Notes under the pieces: model-generated
The model's database searches: none
Told to the model about the DNA's origin: nothing
Seen by the model: the letters and a program-made list of their open reading frames with translations, nothing else
IMG/VR virus record: IMGVR_UViG_3300010163_000019
Coordinates: 1 to 64,000 of that record
Origin: a virus
Taxonomy: Duplodnaviria; Caudoviricetes
DNA length: 64,000 nucleotides
Reading direction: 5' to 3' (one strand)
Program-made: the position numbers and the translations under genes
Shown here: piece after piece, positions 49,248 through 58,738 of the stretch
Layout of the letters: every line of letters begins with the position of its first letter
Numbering within the stretch: position 1 is the first letter of the stretch

Positions 49248-49276
49248 ATTATATGCATAAATTTGATTAGTGTAAA
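49248..49276 (-). promoter_or_regulatory. sigma70 promoter for the minus-strand cassette
   Basis: TTTACA(49276-49271)-17-TATAAT(49253-49248). Confidence 0.7.
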
Positions 49277-49398
49277 GAGGTTTTATAAAATTTTGCTTTT
49301 ATTGGGTGACGTGAAAGAGGTGGTTACAGATTAAAAAGGAAGAAAATTTCTTAGAAGAAAACTTCAATATAAGTTTTACTTGGTATCAAAAAATAGAA

Positions 49399-49644
49399 AT
49401 GAAAATTATGAGACTTGTTGAATTGTTTAAGGTGGCATGTCATAGACCATACATGATTAAATCAATTCTAAGTATGAGATGCCCTCATTGTGGCAGATGG
49501 TTTAGTTTCTCAACAATATCGCAACAGAGAACACAATATCAGGATAAATATTCTAATTATTTTTGTGGATGTAAATATTGTCGTGAAGAAAATGCTAATT
49601 ATTGGAATGATATGTGGAATGAGTATTATAGTAGCAGATTATAA
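49399..49644 (+). CDS. hypothetical zinc-binding protein
   Basis: CPHCG..C..C. Confidence 0.6.
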   Translation: MKIMRLVELFKVACHRPYMIKSILSMRCPHCGRWFSFSTISQQRTQYQDKYSNYFCGCKYCREENANYWNDMWNEYYSSRL

Positions 49645-49666
49645 GAGGAAAAGGAGAAAGAAATTT

Positions 49667-50218
49667 ATGAATAGGAAAACAAATTGGAAGTTACCGTTAA
49701 TCATTGGGACAGGTGTTGTTGCCGTTATCTTACTTTGTGTATTTGGAGTACAGAGTTCGCAGAATAGAGCTTTTGCTTTGGAGGAACAGGTAAACACAGC
49801 ACAGTCGGATATTAAAGTACAGGAGAAGCGAAGAGTAGATTTAGTGTACAACCTTGCTGATTGTGTAAAGCAGTATGATAAACATGAATCTGAAACTCTT
49901 ACAGCTATTGCAGAGGGGCGTGGATCAGCAGGTGATATTGAAAATGTAACAACAGCCATTACGGCAGTTTCAGAAGCATATCCTGAGTTGAAGTCAAATG
50001 AAAACTATAAGCAGCTTATGAATGAATTGGCAATGACTGAAAACCTGATTGCAGAATATAGAAGTAATTATAATAAACAGGTCAAGGAATACAACAGATA
50101 TGTTCGCAAGTTTCCAATAAGAATGTTTCTGAATATGCTTGGATATGAGGTGCAGAATTATACATATCTTGATTATGATGCCCCTTCTGACGCACCAAAA
50201 AATCTTTTTGGAGAATAA
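49667..50218 (+). CDS. lemA: LemA family protein
   Basis: N-terminal TM; RRVDL+.NL..V..Y..HE; EAYPELKSNENY..L..TEN.I..R..YN. Confidence 0.9.
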   Translation: MNRKTNWKLPLIIGTGVVAVILLCVFGVQSSQNRAFALEEQVNTAQSDIKVQEKRRVDLVYNLADCVKQYDKHESETLTAIAEGRGSAGDIENVTTAITAVSEAYPELKSNENYKQLMNELAMTENLIAEYRSNYNKQVKEYNRYVRKFPIRMFLNMLGYEVQNYTYLDYDAPSDAPKNLFGE

Positions 50219-50220
50219 AT

Positions 50221-50982
50221 ATGAGTAGATACAGTTATAGAAAACGTGGGTTTGATTTTGGCGATTTTGAAATTACCAAAAGAGAAATTTTGGCAAGTAT
50301 TTCTATTATAGCTGTAATGTTACTTATTGGTGTTCTGATTTCTAGCAAGATTTCAGAACACAAGCTAGACGCAAATGAAGTCTATAACAAAGCGGTGAAA
50401 ATAGATAATACAGATTTGTTTCAGTATGGCATGGACACAAATGTAGGTAATGCTTTTGTGTATGGTGATTTAGTAGCAGTTGATATAGTTACATATCCTG
50501 AAATTGGTGGAGAGTATATGTATATTGAAAAAGTGAAAGAGAAATATACAAAGCACACTCGTACTGTTACATATAAGGACAGTAATGGCAAGACGCATAC
50601 TAAAAAAGAAACATATTGGACATGGGACAGAGTAAGCAGTGAAGATAAGAAATGTCAGGAAATTTCTTTTTGTGGAATTACTTTTAATAGCAATAAGATT
50701 GATTTACCAAGCACAGATTATATTGATACTATCAAAGAATCAAGCCATATAAGATATAAATATTATGGTATAGGGACAAATTATAAAGGAACAATATTTA
50801 CAGATTTGAGAGATCAGACTATTTCAGATAATACTCAATTTTATAATAATAAGAATATAGAAGAAACAGTTGAATATTTAGAATCTGGCGGTGGAGTGAT
50901 TTTATTCTGGATATTTTGGATTGTACTGATTTGTGGTTGTGTGTTTGGATTTTATTATACAGAGAATAAGTGTTTGGAATAA
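50221..50982 (+). CDS. membrane protein (2 TM) downstream of LemA
   Basis: Hydrophobic segments near both ends. Confidence 0.75.
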   Translation: MSRYSYRKRGFDFGDFEITKREILASISIIAVMLLIGVLISSKISEHKLDANEVYNKAVKIDNTDLFQYGMDTNVGNAFVYGDLVAVDIVTYPEIGGEYMYIEKVKEKYTKHTRTVTYKDSNGKTHTKKETYWTWDRVSSEDKKCQEISFCGITFNSNKIDLPSTDYIDTIKESSHIRYKYYGIGTNYKGTIFTDLRDQTISDNTQFYNNKNIEETVEYLESGGGVILFWIFWIVLICGCVFGFYYTENKCLE

Positions 50983-50995
50983 AAGAAAGGGTGAT

Positions 50996-51712
50996 TTGAT
51001 TATAGAAAGAGAAGTAGTATACATAGCAGAACTTGATGCTGATGTAGATGATGTAATAGCGGCAGAGTATTTACATCAGAAAGGTGTTTTGAAAGAAGTG
51101 GTCTGTGATCCACTACCTTCTACATGGCATGGAAAGGATAGAAAAGAGCAACTTGAAAAATTAGGAATAAAAGTATCTAATAAAATACCACCTATTGCAA
51201 GATATGTGTTTGTAGGCGGAGCCTTAACTGAACTCGCAAGATATCTGATAAATCACAAGATAGAGTGTTTGGTGATGAATGGTGGTTTTGTTGGTTGTAA
51301 TATTGTGAAAAATCCTTTAGATAAGTTTAAGGATAAGCAGGCAATCAGAACATTTAATTTTAATTGTGATGTAACTGCAACCGAATCAGTTCTCAAAAAT
51401 AAGAATATAGAGAATATAATATTGATTGGTAAAAATGTATGTCATAGTGAGAAAAACACTTTCTTAGGTGTTTGGAGTGATGAAAAGAGGTTATTAGATA
51501 AATATCATTCAAAGCCTGGGAAAAGACAACATGACATGCTTGCTTGTAGAGAAGGGTTAATTATACTTGGTATGTTGGATCAGGAATCGTATTTGGATTA
51601 TAAGATAGTTCGTCCATATAATACAGGATTAAAGGGAAATATGACTGAATGGGGAAGTACATTTGGTAAATCAACTTATAGAAGTGTAATGGCGGCTGTA
51701 GGCTGGAGATAG
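50996..51712 (+). CDS. nucleoside hydrolase-like protein
   Basis: ELDADVDD (DxDxDD), GGALT, MNGG, FNFNCD. Confidence 0.6.
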   Translation: MIIEREVVYIAELDADVDDVIAAEYLHQKGVLKEVVCDPLPSTWHGKDRKEQLEKLGIKVSNKIPPIARYVFVGGALTELARYLINHKIECLVMNGGFVGCNIVKNPLDKFKDKQAIRTFNFNCDVTATESVLKNKNIENIILIGKNVCHSEKNTFLGVWSDEKRLLDKYHSKPGKRQHDMLACREGLIILGMLDQESYLDYKIVRPYNTGLKGNMTEWGSTFGKSTYRSVMAAVGWR

Positions 51713-51721
51713 AATAAAACA

Positions 51722-51769
51722 TAGGAGGTAAAGAGGTTTGTCATGACAGGAAAGTGCACTTTACTCCTA
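51722..51769 (+). promoter_or_regulatory. double-palindrome leader element, copy 3
   Basis: TAGGAG..TGTCATGACA..AAAGTGCACTTT..CTCCTA. Confidence 0.7.
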
Positions 51770-51776
51770 AACAATA

Positions 51777-52883
51777 TTGAAAGTAGCAATTATAGATGCT
51801 GATCTGATAGGTAGAGACAAGCACAGGTTTCCAAACTTAGTTTGTATGAAACTATCGGGATATTACAAAGAACTCGGTGCTGAAGTTGAATTGAAAACAG
51901 ATTATGAAGACTTAGCAGCGTATGACAAAGTATTCATTTCTAAAGTATTTACTGATACGCCGATAAACAAAGATATTTTGAAACTTCCAAATGTACAATA
52001 TGGTGGTACAGGATTCTTTTATGACAAAGCTCCGAAACTTCCTGATGAAGTGGAACATCATATGCCGGATTATCACTTGTATGATGATTGGGTAAATGAG
52101 CAAATTGACAGTGGTAAAGAGAGAAATGATTTTAAATATTATTTTGATTATTCAATTGGATACACAACGAGAAAATGTTTCAGACAGTGTGAATTTTGTG
52201 TAAACCGTAATTACAAAAAAGTGGAATTACATAGTCCGTTAAGTGAGTTTCTTGACCCATCAAGAAAGAGGATATGTTTATTAGATGACAATATCCTTGG
52301 AAGCTCTTATTGGCGAGAAATATTTGAAGAACTGCAATCTACTGGCAAACCATTTCAGTATAAACAAGGTATAGATGAGAGACTTTTAACAGATGAAAAG
52401 AGTGAAGTGCTTTTCAAAAGTAAGTACGATGGAGATTACATATTTGCATTTGATAATGTGGCAGATTATGACCTGATAGAAAAGAAATTGCAGTTGTTAA
52501 GAAGACACACAGATAAGATTCCAAAGTTTTATACATTTTGTGGTTTTGATAGAGAAGATAAGTGGGATGAGGAATTTTGGAAACAAGATTTATGGGATTT
52601 ATGGAAACGAATCGAGTTACTCATGAAATATCAGTGTTTGCCATACATAATGAGATTCAATAGATATGAAGAATCCCCATATAGAGGTACATATATTAAT
52701 CTTGCTGCGTGGTGTAATCAGCCCAGTGCTTTTAAAAAGAAGTCTTATAGAGAGTTTGTTGAGTATCAACAATCAAGACATCAAAAAGAATGTTCTGAAA
52801 TGAGATATTTGAAACAAGTTGAAAAGGATATGCCTGAGTTGGCAGAGAGATATTTTGATATGAAATTTATGGATTTTGTGTGA
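51777..52883 (+). CDS. radical SAM-like protein
   Basis: TRKCFRQCEFC (CxxxCxxC); N-terminal IIDAD..FPNL..MKLSGY. Confidence 0.75.
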   Translation: MKVAIIDADLIGRDKHRFPNLVCMKLSGYYKELGAEVELKTDYEDLAAYDKVFISKVFTDTPINKDILKLPNVQYGGTGFFYDKAPKLPDEVEHHMPDYHLYDDWVNEQIDSGKERNDFKYYFDYSIGYTTRKCFRQCEFCVNRNYKKVELHSPLSEFLDPSRKRICLLDDNILGSSYWREIFEELQSTGKPFQYKQGIDERLLTDEKSEVLFKSKYDGDYIFAFDNVADYDLIEKKLQLLRRHTDKIPKFYTFCGFDREDKWDEEFWKQDLWDLWKRIELLMKYQCLPYIMRFNRYEESPYRGTYINLAAWCNQPSAFKKKSYREFVEYQQSRHQKECSEMRYLKQVEKDMPELAERYFDMKFMDFV

Positions 52884-52903
52884 AAGGATATCGGAGGAAA
52901 AAT

Positions 52904-53383
52904 ATGAGAGTAAAACAGAATCCAAATTATGAATTAATTATAAAGACAAACAGATACACAGGAAATTTTGAAAGAGAACTGATAAGTTATACTTTGGGGA
53001 CTCTTGATAATGTACAGATGGAAATGAGTGATTTTCATGGCGAATATGAGATGGATTTGTTCTGGGAAGAAGAATTTAATTCTGAAAGAAAAGATTATTA
53101 TGACGATTACGAATTGAAAGACGAATATTTAATGGAAACATTTCAAGACGTGGATGATTGGGAACAGATGACATTCTATCATATAGCTGATGATATCAAT
53201 TCACTGGCAATTCAGTTGGTAAAACCTTTGAATGATTACTGGGAAGAAATTATTGTCAGAAGAATCAAGAAATTTTTTGATGAGCACCCATGCAGATATA
53301 GTTATACGTTGCCTGAAGATGCGAAACTGATAGATTTATACCTGATTGATTCAAATGGAGACAGAATAAAAGATTATATGTGA
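52904..53383 (+). CDS. hypothetical protein
   Basis: RBS GGAGG; TN.YTGNFERE. Confidence 0.75.
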   Translation: MRVKQNPNYELIIKTNRYTGNFERELISYTLGTLDNVQMEMSDFHGEYEMDLFWEEEFNSERKDYYDDYELKDEYLMETFQDVDDWEQMTFYHIADDINSLAIQLVKPLNDYWEEIIVRRIKKFFDEHPCRYSYTLPEDAKLIDLYLIDSNGDRIKDYM

Positions 53384-53434
53384 GGCAACAAAACCAGAGT
53401 TTCAAAGGTAGAATCGAGGTGATTTTCTAGTAAA

Positions 53435-53728
53435 ATGAGAGACATTAACGTAACAAAATACAGAAAAAATCTTGTATATTTACAAAACTTTTGTACAAAA
53501 GCAAAAAGAAGTGGATTGGGATTTTTGGAGCTAAATGGTATTTTTCGTTCCACACCAATGAATGACCGTATAACAAAAAGAAAAAATTTAACTGATTTTG
53601 AGCGTGGTTATATTCAGGGAAAACATTCAGCGTTTAATGATGTTTTGATTGAGTTGCATAAAATGATTGAGTATGCAGATATTGACTGGGAGAATACCCA
53701 TTGCAGAGAAGAAAGGTATGGTGATTAA
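53435..53728 (+). CDS. hypothetical protein
   Basis: Follows site 53388. Confidence 0.7.
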   Translation: MRDINVTKYRKNLVYLQNFCTKAKRSGLGFLELNGIFRSTPMNDRITKRKNLTDFERGYIQGKHSAFNDVLIELHKMIEYADIDWENTHCREERYGD

Positions 53729-54230
53729 TTTGCAAGAAATCTTAGCAGAGAATTTAGAAGATTTTTTTAGTAACACAAAATTGGAAGGAAAACGTATATA
53801 TAAAGGCAACGACTATGAAGTGTGGGAAGTTTCAGATGAAGATTTTCAATTAATGTGTGAAATAGATGAGGAAGAATTTGAGAGATTATGCCCTGAAGGT
53901 ATGTGGAGAAGTTCTATTGGCAGCAATATGGGAAGACCAGATGTAGAATATAAAATTAATGGCAATACAATTCTAGCGTGGGATGGCAATAGTAGAAGTG
54001 ACAATGATTCTGAATGTAAAAAATGTTTGGATAGAGAAAGTGGTGCTTGTTCTGGTACAGAAGAAGATTTTAATGAATGTTTTGGAGCAAGAGAATATTC
54101 TGGATTGTTAGAATATTTGTGTGAAGAGATTGGTGCTTCACAGCCTAAAAATGTATGCGCTTTAGCTGTTGATTTGGTAAGGTATAATAACATGACAATG
54201 GGAGAATTGTTTACAAAATATGAAGGATAA
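53718..54230 (+). CDS. hypothetical protein
   Basis: Overlapping start; EGMWRSSIGSNMG. Confidence 0.75.
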   Translation: MVINLQEILAENLEDFFSNTKLEGKRIYKGNDYEVWEVSDEDFQLMCEIDEEEFERLCPEGMWRSSIGSNMGRPDVEYKINGNTILAWDGNSRSDNDSECKKCLDRESGACSGTEEDFNECFGAREYSGLLEYLCEEIGASQPKNVCALAVDLVRYNNMTMGELFTKYEG

Positions 54231-54507
54231 GGAATACACAAGAAAAGAAAAGGTATGTCCTCTGATCAGTGATTATTGTAACGAAGAACATAAAAATTGT
54301 GATAGGTGCGTAGCTGAAGAAGATGCCTGGCAGCGTCTACGATGTTACATAGATTGCTATAATTATGATTGGACATTTGATAGGATCAAACATGATTATC
54401 AGAAGTATTATCTAAATGGTGCTTATTGTAGCCATACACTTATGGATATTATAGAGAATAATAAAAACGACTGTGAAATGTTGTTTGGATTGGAAGAATG
54501 TAAATGA
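54220..54507 (+). CDS. hypothetical protein
   Basis: Overlapping start, Cys-rich. Confidence 0.7.
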   Translation: MKDKEYTRKEKVCPLISDYCNEEHKNCDRCVAEEDAWQRLRCYIDCYNYDWTFDRIKHDYQKYYLNGAYCSHTLMDIIENNKNDCEMLFGLEECK

Positions 54508-54815
54508 AAAAATTTGAAGAGAATGGCTTTACAGCCACAGTAACAGATAAGGTGGTACGTTGGGAAATTCCGATTAGTTCCCTTATAGAAGCATTTAATA
54601 ATAGTCCAGAAAATTATAGCGATGATGGAGAACATTATATTACGGTAAAACGAGGAAAGAGACAAGAATTTGCTGAATATGTGGCACAACAATTAATGTT
54701 GGAATGTGATTCGGAAACTGGCGCAAGTCATATAGAAAATGCGATTGATAATGTGTTTTTAAATGTATTTGAAGGTGATGAAGATTTTGCACATTATCCA
54801 GAATATGATGAATGA
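54504..54815 (+). CDS. hypothetical protein
   Basis: Overlapping start. Confidence 0.75.
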   Translation: MKKFEENGFTATVTDKVVRWEIPISSLIEAFNNSPENYSDDGEHYITVKRGKRQEFAEYVAQQLMLECDSETGASHIENAIDNVFLNVFEGDEDFAHYPEYDE

Positions 54816-54897
54816 AAATAAGTCAATAAAAGGTTAATTTTATGGCACGAAAGTAGAAGAAATGTAATGTGATAGTTGCAAATATCACAAATAAAGT

Positions 54898-54945
54898 TAG
54901 GAGGAAACGAGATTTGACTGGTCGATAAATGTACATTTGCTCCTA
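54898..54945 (+). promoter_or_regulatory. double-palindrome leader element, copy 4
   Basis: TAGGAG..GACTGGTC..AAATGTACATTT..CTCCTA. Confidence 0.7.
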
Positions 54946-54953
54946 AAAGGTAA

Positions 54954-55967
54954 TTGACAGAAAATAAGCATACAACAGAAGATTTAGTGTCAATGCAAAG
55001 TAGAGATTTTTACGATAAGATTCAAACTTCTGTCGCAAAAATCTTAGAAGCATTAAGTAGATACAATAAGAAATGCTATGTTTCTTTTTCTGGAGGCAAG
55101 GATAGTACGGTTTTAGCAGATTTAGTTGCACAATGTTGTCAACTATTTAATTGCAAATTAACACTATGGTATTCTCACACTGGACTTGAATATCCAGAAG
55201 TTACACAACACGTTAAAGATTTTGCTAAGTGGTTGAAAGAGAAATATGAAATAGAAGTTAATTTGATAATTGATTATCCAAAAGATAAAAACGGAAAGAG
55301 AATTACATTCAAAGATGTAGTTACAAAATACGGATATCCGTTGATTAGCAAAGAAGTATCAAGAGATGTAGCCATTGCAAAAAATAAACCAGATGGTAAA
55401 ACGGCACAAAAATTTGTAAGAGGATCTGACTATCATAAAAAATATGGAGATACATGGTTACTTGAACGATGGGCATATCTTATAAACGCACCATTTAGAA
55501 TTTCTAATCAATGCTGCAATATCATGAAGAAAACACCAGCTCACAAATTCAACAAAGAGAGTGAAATGATACCTATTATCGGTACAATGGCTTGTGAATC
55601 TGTTTTGAGAAAGAAAGAATGGTTACGTTCAGGTTGCAATGCTTTTGACAATAAAAATCCAAGCAGTAAGCCGTTGTCATTTTGGACAGAACAAGATATT
55701 TTAAGATATCTTAAAGAGTTTAACATACCTTATCCATCTGTATATGGAGAGATATTACAAGACAGTAAAGGTAAATATTATACTTCTGGGTGTGATAGAA
55801 CAGGCTGTGTATTTTGTGGATATGGCTGTCATTTAAAAAATGACCATAGATTTGAGAGATTAAAACTGAGTCATCCTAAATTGTTTGAATATTGTATGAA
55901 ATCTGTTGAAGATGGTGGTCTTGGTATGAAGGAAGTTTTAGAGTATATAGGTGTAAAAATAGAATAA
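54954..55967 (+). CDS. PAPS-reductase-family (PP-loop) protein
   Basis: SFSGGKDS, TGLEYPE, CC..MKK, IGTMA.ES, RTGCVFC. Confidence 0.88.
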   Translation: MTENKHTTEDLVSMQSRDFYDKIQTSVAKILEALSRYNKKCYVSFSGGKDSTVLADLVAQCCQLFNCKLTLWYSHTGLEYPEVTQHVKDFAKWLKEKYEIEVNLIIDYPKDKNGKRITFKDVVTKYGYPLISKEVSRDVAIAKNKPDGKTAQKFVRGSDYHKKYGDTWLLERWAYLINAPFRISNQCCNIMKKTPAHKFNKESEMIPIIGTMACESVLRKKEWLRSGCNAFDNKNPSSKPLSFWTEQDILRYLKEFNIPYPSVYGEILQDSKGKYYTSGCDRTGCVFCGYGCHLKNDHRFERLKLSHPKLFEYCMKSVEDGGLGMKEVLEYIGVKIE

Positions 55968-55998
55968 ATTAGTATTGAAATCTTGGTTTTAAGGGGGA

Positions 55999-56256
55999 TT
56001 GTTATATTTGAAAGATTATTTAGTAACAAGCAGTTATGGTCAATGGGATAATATTTTTATTGTATCAGCAAAAAACGCGAAAGATGCGATTGAGCAAGTA
56101 TATCAATCCTATATTATTTCTATGAACGAAGATATTAAAAGAAAAAATAAAGAAGTAGGATATAATTCTTATCGTATTTGTTTGAAAAGAGAATTACATG
56201 CGAGAAGTATTAGAAGTCTTCATAATGAAAATGGAAAAATTATTCAAGTGAACTAG
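55999..56256 (+). CDS. hypothetical protein
   Basis: Follows site 55975. Confidence 0.65.
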   Translation: MLYLKDYLVTSSYGQWDNIFIVSAKNAKDAIEQVYQSYIISMNEDIKRKNKEVGYNSYRICLKRELHARSIRSLHNENGKIIQVN

Positions 56257-56272
56257 AGGGAGGATATTGCAC

Positions 56273-56440
56273 ATGGACAAAGAAGATATGTCTGAGTATT
56301 GTGATTTCAAATATAACGAATATTGGTTAGCGGCAAATCATTTGCATACAATGCCACAAGATAAATGGAATAAATGGTTTAACGAACATTGTGGTAAGTG
56401 TAAATATATGTGTGAGATCTGCATGTATGGGGATGAATAG
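56273..56440 (+). CDS. small Cys-rich protein, 55 aa
   Basis: RBS GGGAGG; HCGKCKYMCEIC. Confidence 0.6.
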   Translation: MDKEDMSEYCDFKYNEYWLAANHLHTMPQDKWNKWFNEHCGKCKYMCEICMYGDE

Positions 56441-56484
56441 AAATAATTTTGAGTTTTAATTTGTGAACTATCAGTTGATTAAAA

Positions 56485-56676
56485 GTGGAGGTGATTAAAG
56501 TATTTGAAGTAAATAGAAAAGATAGTGTGGAATATGATAATAATTCAGGAATAAGTCTCTCACCTGTAAAAGTCTATAATGTGAGAGATGATAAAAATGG
56601 ATACCCACAATTCTTAATTTATGAAAATGGAGAATGGAAGTATATGAGTGCAAAATATTTTGTACCTAATAATTAA
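56485..56676 (+). CDS. small hypothetical protein
   Basis: VYNVRDDKNGYPQFLIY..W.Y.SAK. Confidence 0.65.
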   Translation: MEVIKVFEVNRKDSVEYDNNSGISLSPVKVYNVRDDKNGYPQFLIYENGEWKYMSAKYFVPNN

Positions 56677-56702
56677 AAGATTGGAGATGACAAGTTATTA
56701 GT

Positions 56703-57443
56703 ATGAATAAAGAACTATTTTTAATCATTGAAGAAAAAGTAAAAATAGAAAACGAATTAAAAGAGATTGCCAATAAATTGAAGTTACAAGCAAATGGTGT
56801 AGATGTATCTGATTTAGATGACTATAGCTATGAAGAATGTAGAGATTTATTTGAGCATATTAAATACTATGTTGATGATAAAAAGATATTAAACGTATTG
56901 TCGGAAGTCATTGAAAAGAAAAAGATTGAAAAATATCCAGAGTTATTAAAACCTACATATTACCCAGAAATTGATGTGCTAAACATTTCTGATGCAGAGA
57001 AGATAAGATTAGACAAAGCAGCACGATGGAATTTTAGAAATTATATTAGTGAGAATAATATCAAGAAATCAAAATATCCTTTATTCATTGAAGATTTGGA
57101 ATTGTTAAAAAGTGTTAACATTGTTGAAAAGAAATATAATTTTAGATGTAAAAGTTGCGGAAGTTCATGTGTTGTAATCCTAGAGGGTGATTTGGAAAAG
57201 TATAAAAAAGCTTGGAAACTTTTTGAACTCGAAAAACAGAATACAATTACAGAGGAACAACTAAATGAATTGGATCAGCTAGAGAGGGATGGATTTTTTG
57301 AAATTTATTTTTGTTGTGTAGATGAAGACGAAGGATATGGTGTTGAAATCAGAAATGAAAAAGAATTATCTGACTATATGGAAAATGTAGAAGTAGTTTA
57401 TATGGTAGTGAAAAGTCCAGATTTAACTTATGAAAAATTATAA
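56703..57443 (+). CDS. hypothetical protein, 246 aa
   Basis: RBS GGAG; FRCKSCG. Confidence 0.8.
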   Translation: MNKELFLIIEEKVKIENELKEIANKLKLQANGVDVSDLDDYSYEECRDLFEHIKYYVDDKKILNVLSEVIEKKKIEKYPELLKPTYYPEIDVLNISDAEKIRLDKAARWNFRNYISENNIKKSKYPLFIEDLELLKSVNIVEKKYNFRCKSCGSSCVVILEGDLEKYKKAWKLFELEKQNTITEEQLNELDQLERDGFFEIYFCCVDEDEGYGVEIRNEKELSDYMENVEVVYMVVKSPDLTYEKL

Positions 57444-57584
57444 AAATAATGGTTTTGGTTTATGAAACAGACCTCATAATTAAATGAATGAAATTTAAGG
57501 CACAGTGTAGTCAGGTATTCTTTAGGGAGAAGAAATCCACAAGTTCATTCAGCCAAAACTTGATAAAAAGGAGAATTAATACAT

Positions 57585-57797
57585 ATGGCATTATCAAAGA
57601 AACAAGAGAAACAGTTAAACAATGAAATTAAAAAGACTTTAGAAGAAGTTAGATTTCAAGGATTAAAAGCTGGTGCTGCTGGTATTCTTGGAGCAGTTTT
57701 AGAAATGTGTAACAGTGATAAGACTGATGCAGAGATTGTTAAGGATATTAAGGATTTCTGTGAGAAGTCGTTGAATTTGGATGGGATGAAAAACTAA
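57585..57797 (+). CDS. hypothetical protein
   Basis: RBS AAGGAG. Confidence 0.75.
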   Translation: MALSKKQEKQLNNEIKKTLEEVRFQGLKAGAAGILGAVLEMCNSDKTDAEIVKDIKDFCEKSLNLDGMKN

Positions 57798-57819
57798 TAG
57801 AAAAGGAGAATGAAGAAGT

Positions 57820-58071
57820 ATGCCAAACGAATTGAGAGACACAATTGAAATGATGAACAGTGAGGATTATAAGGAGCGATTCAAAGCAGAATATTATCAG
57901 GTAGTAATTCGCTATCAGAAATTGAAATCTATGCTTGATAAGTGGGATAATGATCAGCTTGAATTTACACCTACTTGCCCACGAAGTACCTATAATATGC
58001 AGATTACAGCTATGACAGATTATATTGCAGTTCTGGAGGCGAGAGCAGTTATGGAAGGTGTGGAACTGTAG
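57820..58071 (+). CDS. phage hypothetical protein
   Basis: M.SEDYKERFKAEY.Q..PTCP..LEARA. Confidence 0.75.
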   Translation: MPNELRDTIEMMNSEDYKERFKAEYYQVVIRYQKLKSMLDKWDNDQLEFTPTCPRSTYNMQITAMTDYIAVLEARAVMEGVEL

Positions 58072-58072
58072 A

Positions 58073-58300
58073 ATGGATAAAAGTGCATTGGATCAGGCAA
58101 ATTCGATAATAAGTGCGATGAAAGTATTAGACGATTTAAACATTGTTATGAACGTACCATATCCTCAATTTTCGTGCAGTGATACGGAAGTTAATTCAGC
58201 TTGTTTTGATAAGATTACATTAAACAATCTAAAAATAATTATAAAAGATTTTATAGAAAAGAGAAAATTAGAATTACAGAAGGAGTTTGAATCATTATAA
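58073..58300 (+). CDS. hypothetical protein
   Basis: ATG directly after previous stop. Confidence 0.65.
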   Translation: MDKSALDQANSIISAMKVLDDLNIVMNVPYPQFSCSDTEVNSACFDKITLNNLKIIIKDFIEKRKLELQKEFESL

Positions 58301-58327
58301 ATATTTATGTGTTGAAAGGAAAACATA

Positions 58328-58726
58328 ATGGTAGAATTAAAACTTAATTTTGATGAACTTACTGAAATGTCTTTAGAAGATGCAAAGAAAATTATTGAAG
58401 AATTTGATAATGAAAGTTTTCTTGAAGATATTAGAGAAGAAGTAAAAGGAACTAATTATGGTGTAAAGGTACTTGATGAAGGTGATTGGATAGACGAAGG
58501 AAAATATCAGTATAGAACAGATATTGGAGTTTTATGCGAGTTTGATGATAAATGGAACATAGCAAAGATGTTTGATATTGCAGTTACTTCTGAAATTACA
58601 CGCAATGGATCTTATTTCAGTGATTACAACTATGATTATGATGATTTGGTGGTAAATAAGATTATTAAGAAAGTTATTCCAAAGCAGATTATTCCTGAGA
58701 GAACAGTGGTTACTTTAGAGGGATGA
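58328..58726 (+). CDS. hypothetical protein
   Basis: DEGDWIDEGKYQY..RNGSYFSDY. Confidence 0.75.
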   Translation: MVELKLNFDELTEMSLEDAKKIIEEFDNESFLEDIREEVKGTNYGVKVLDEGDWIDEGKYQYRTDIGVLCEFDDKWNIAKMFDIAVTSEITRNGSYFSDYNYDYDDLVVNKIIKKVIPKQIIPERTVVTLEG

Positions 58727-58738
58727 ATGTGCGATTTT

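Noticed and set aside
8171-57457. Partial junction-site matches (8171, 15894, 34414, 38121, 40506, 57440)
   Set aside because: One arm is poor or the spacing is off by one; left out of the count, though they may be decayed copies.
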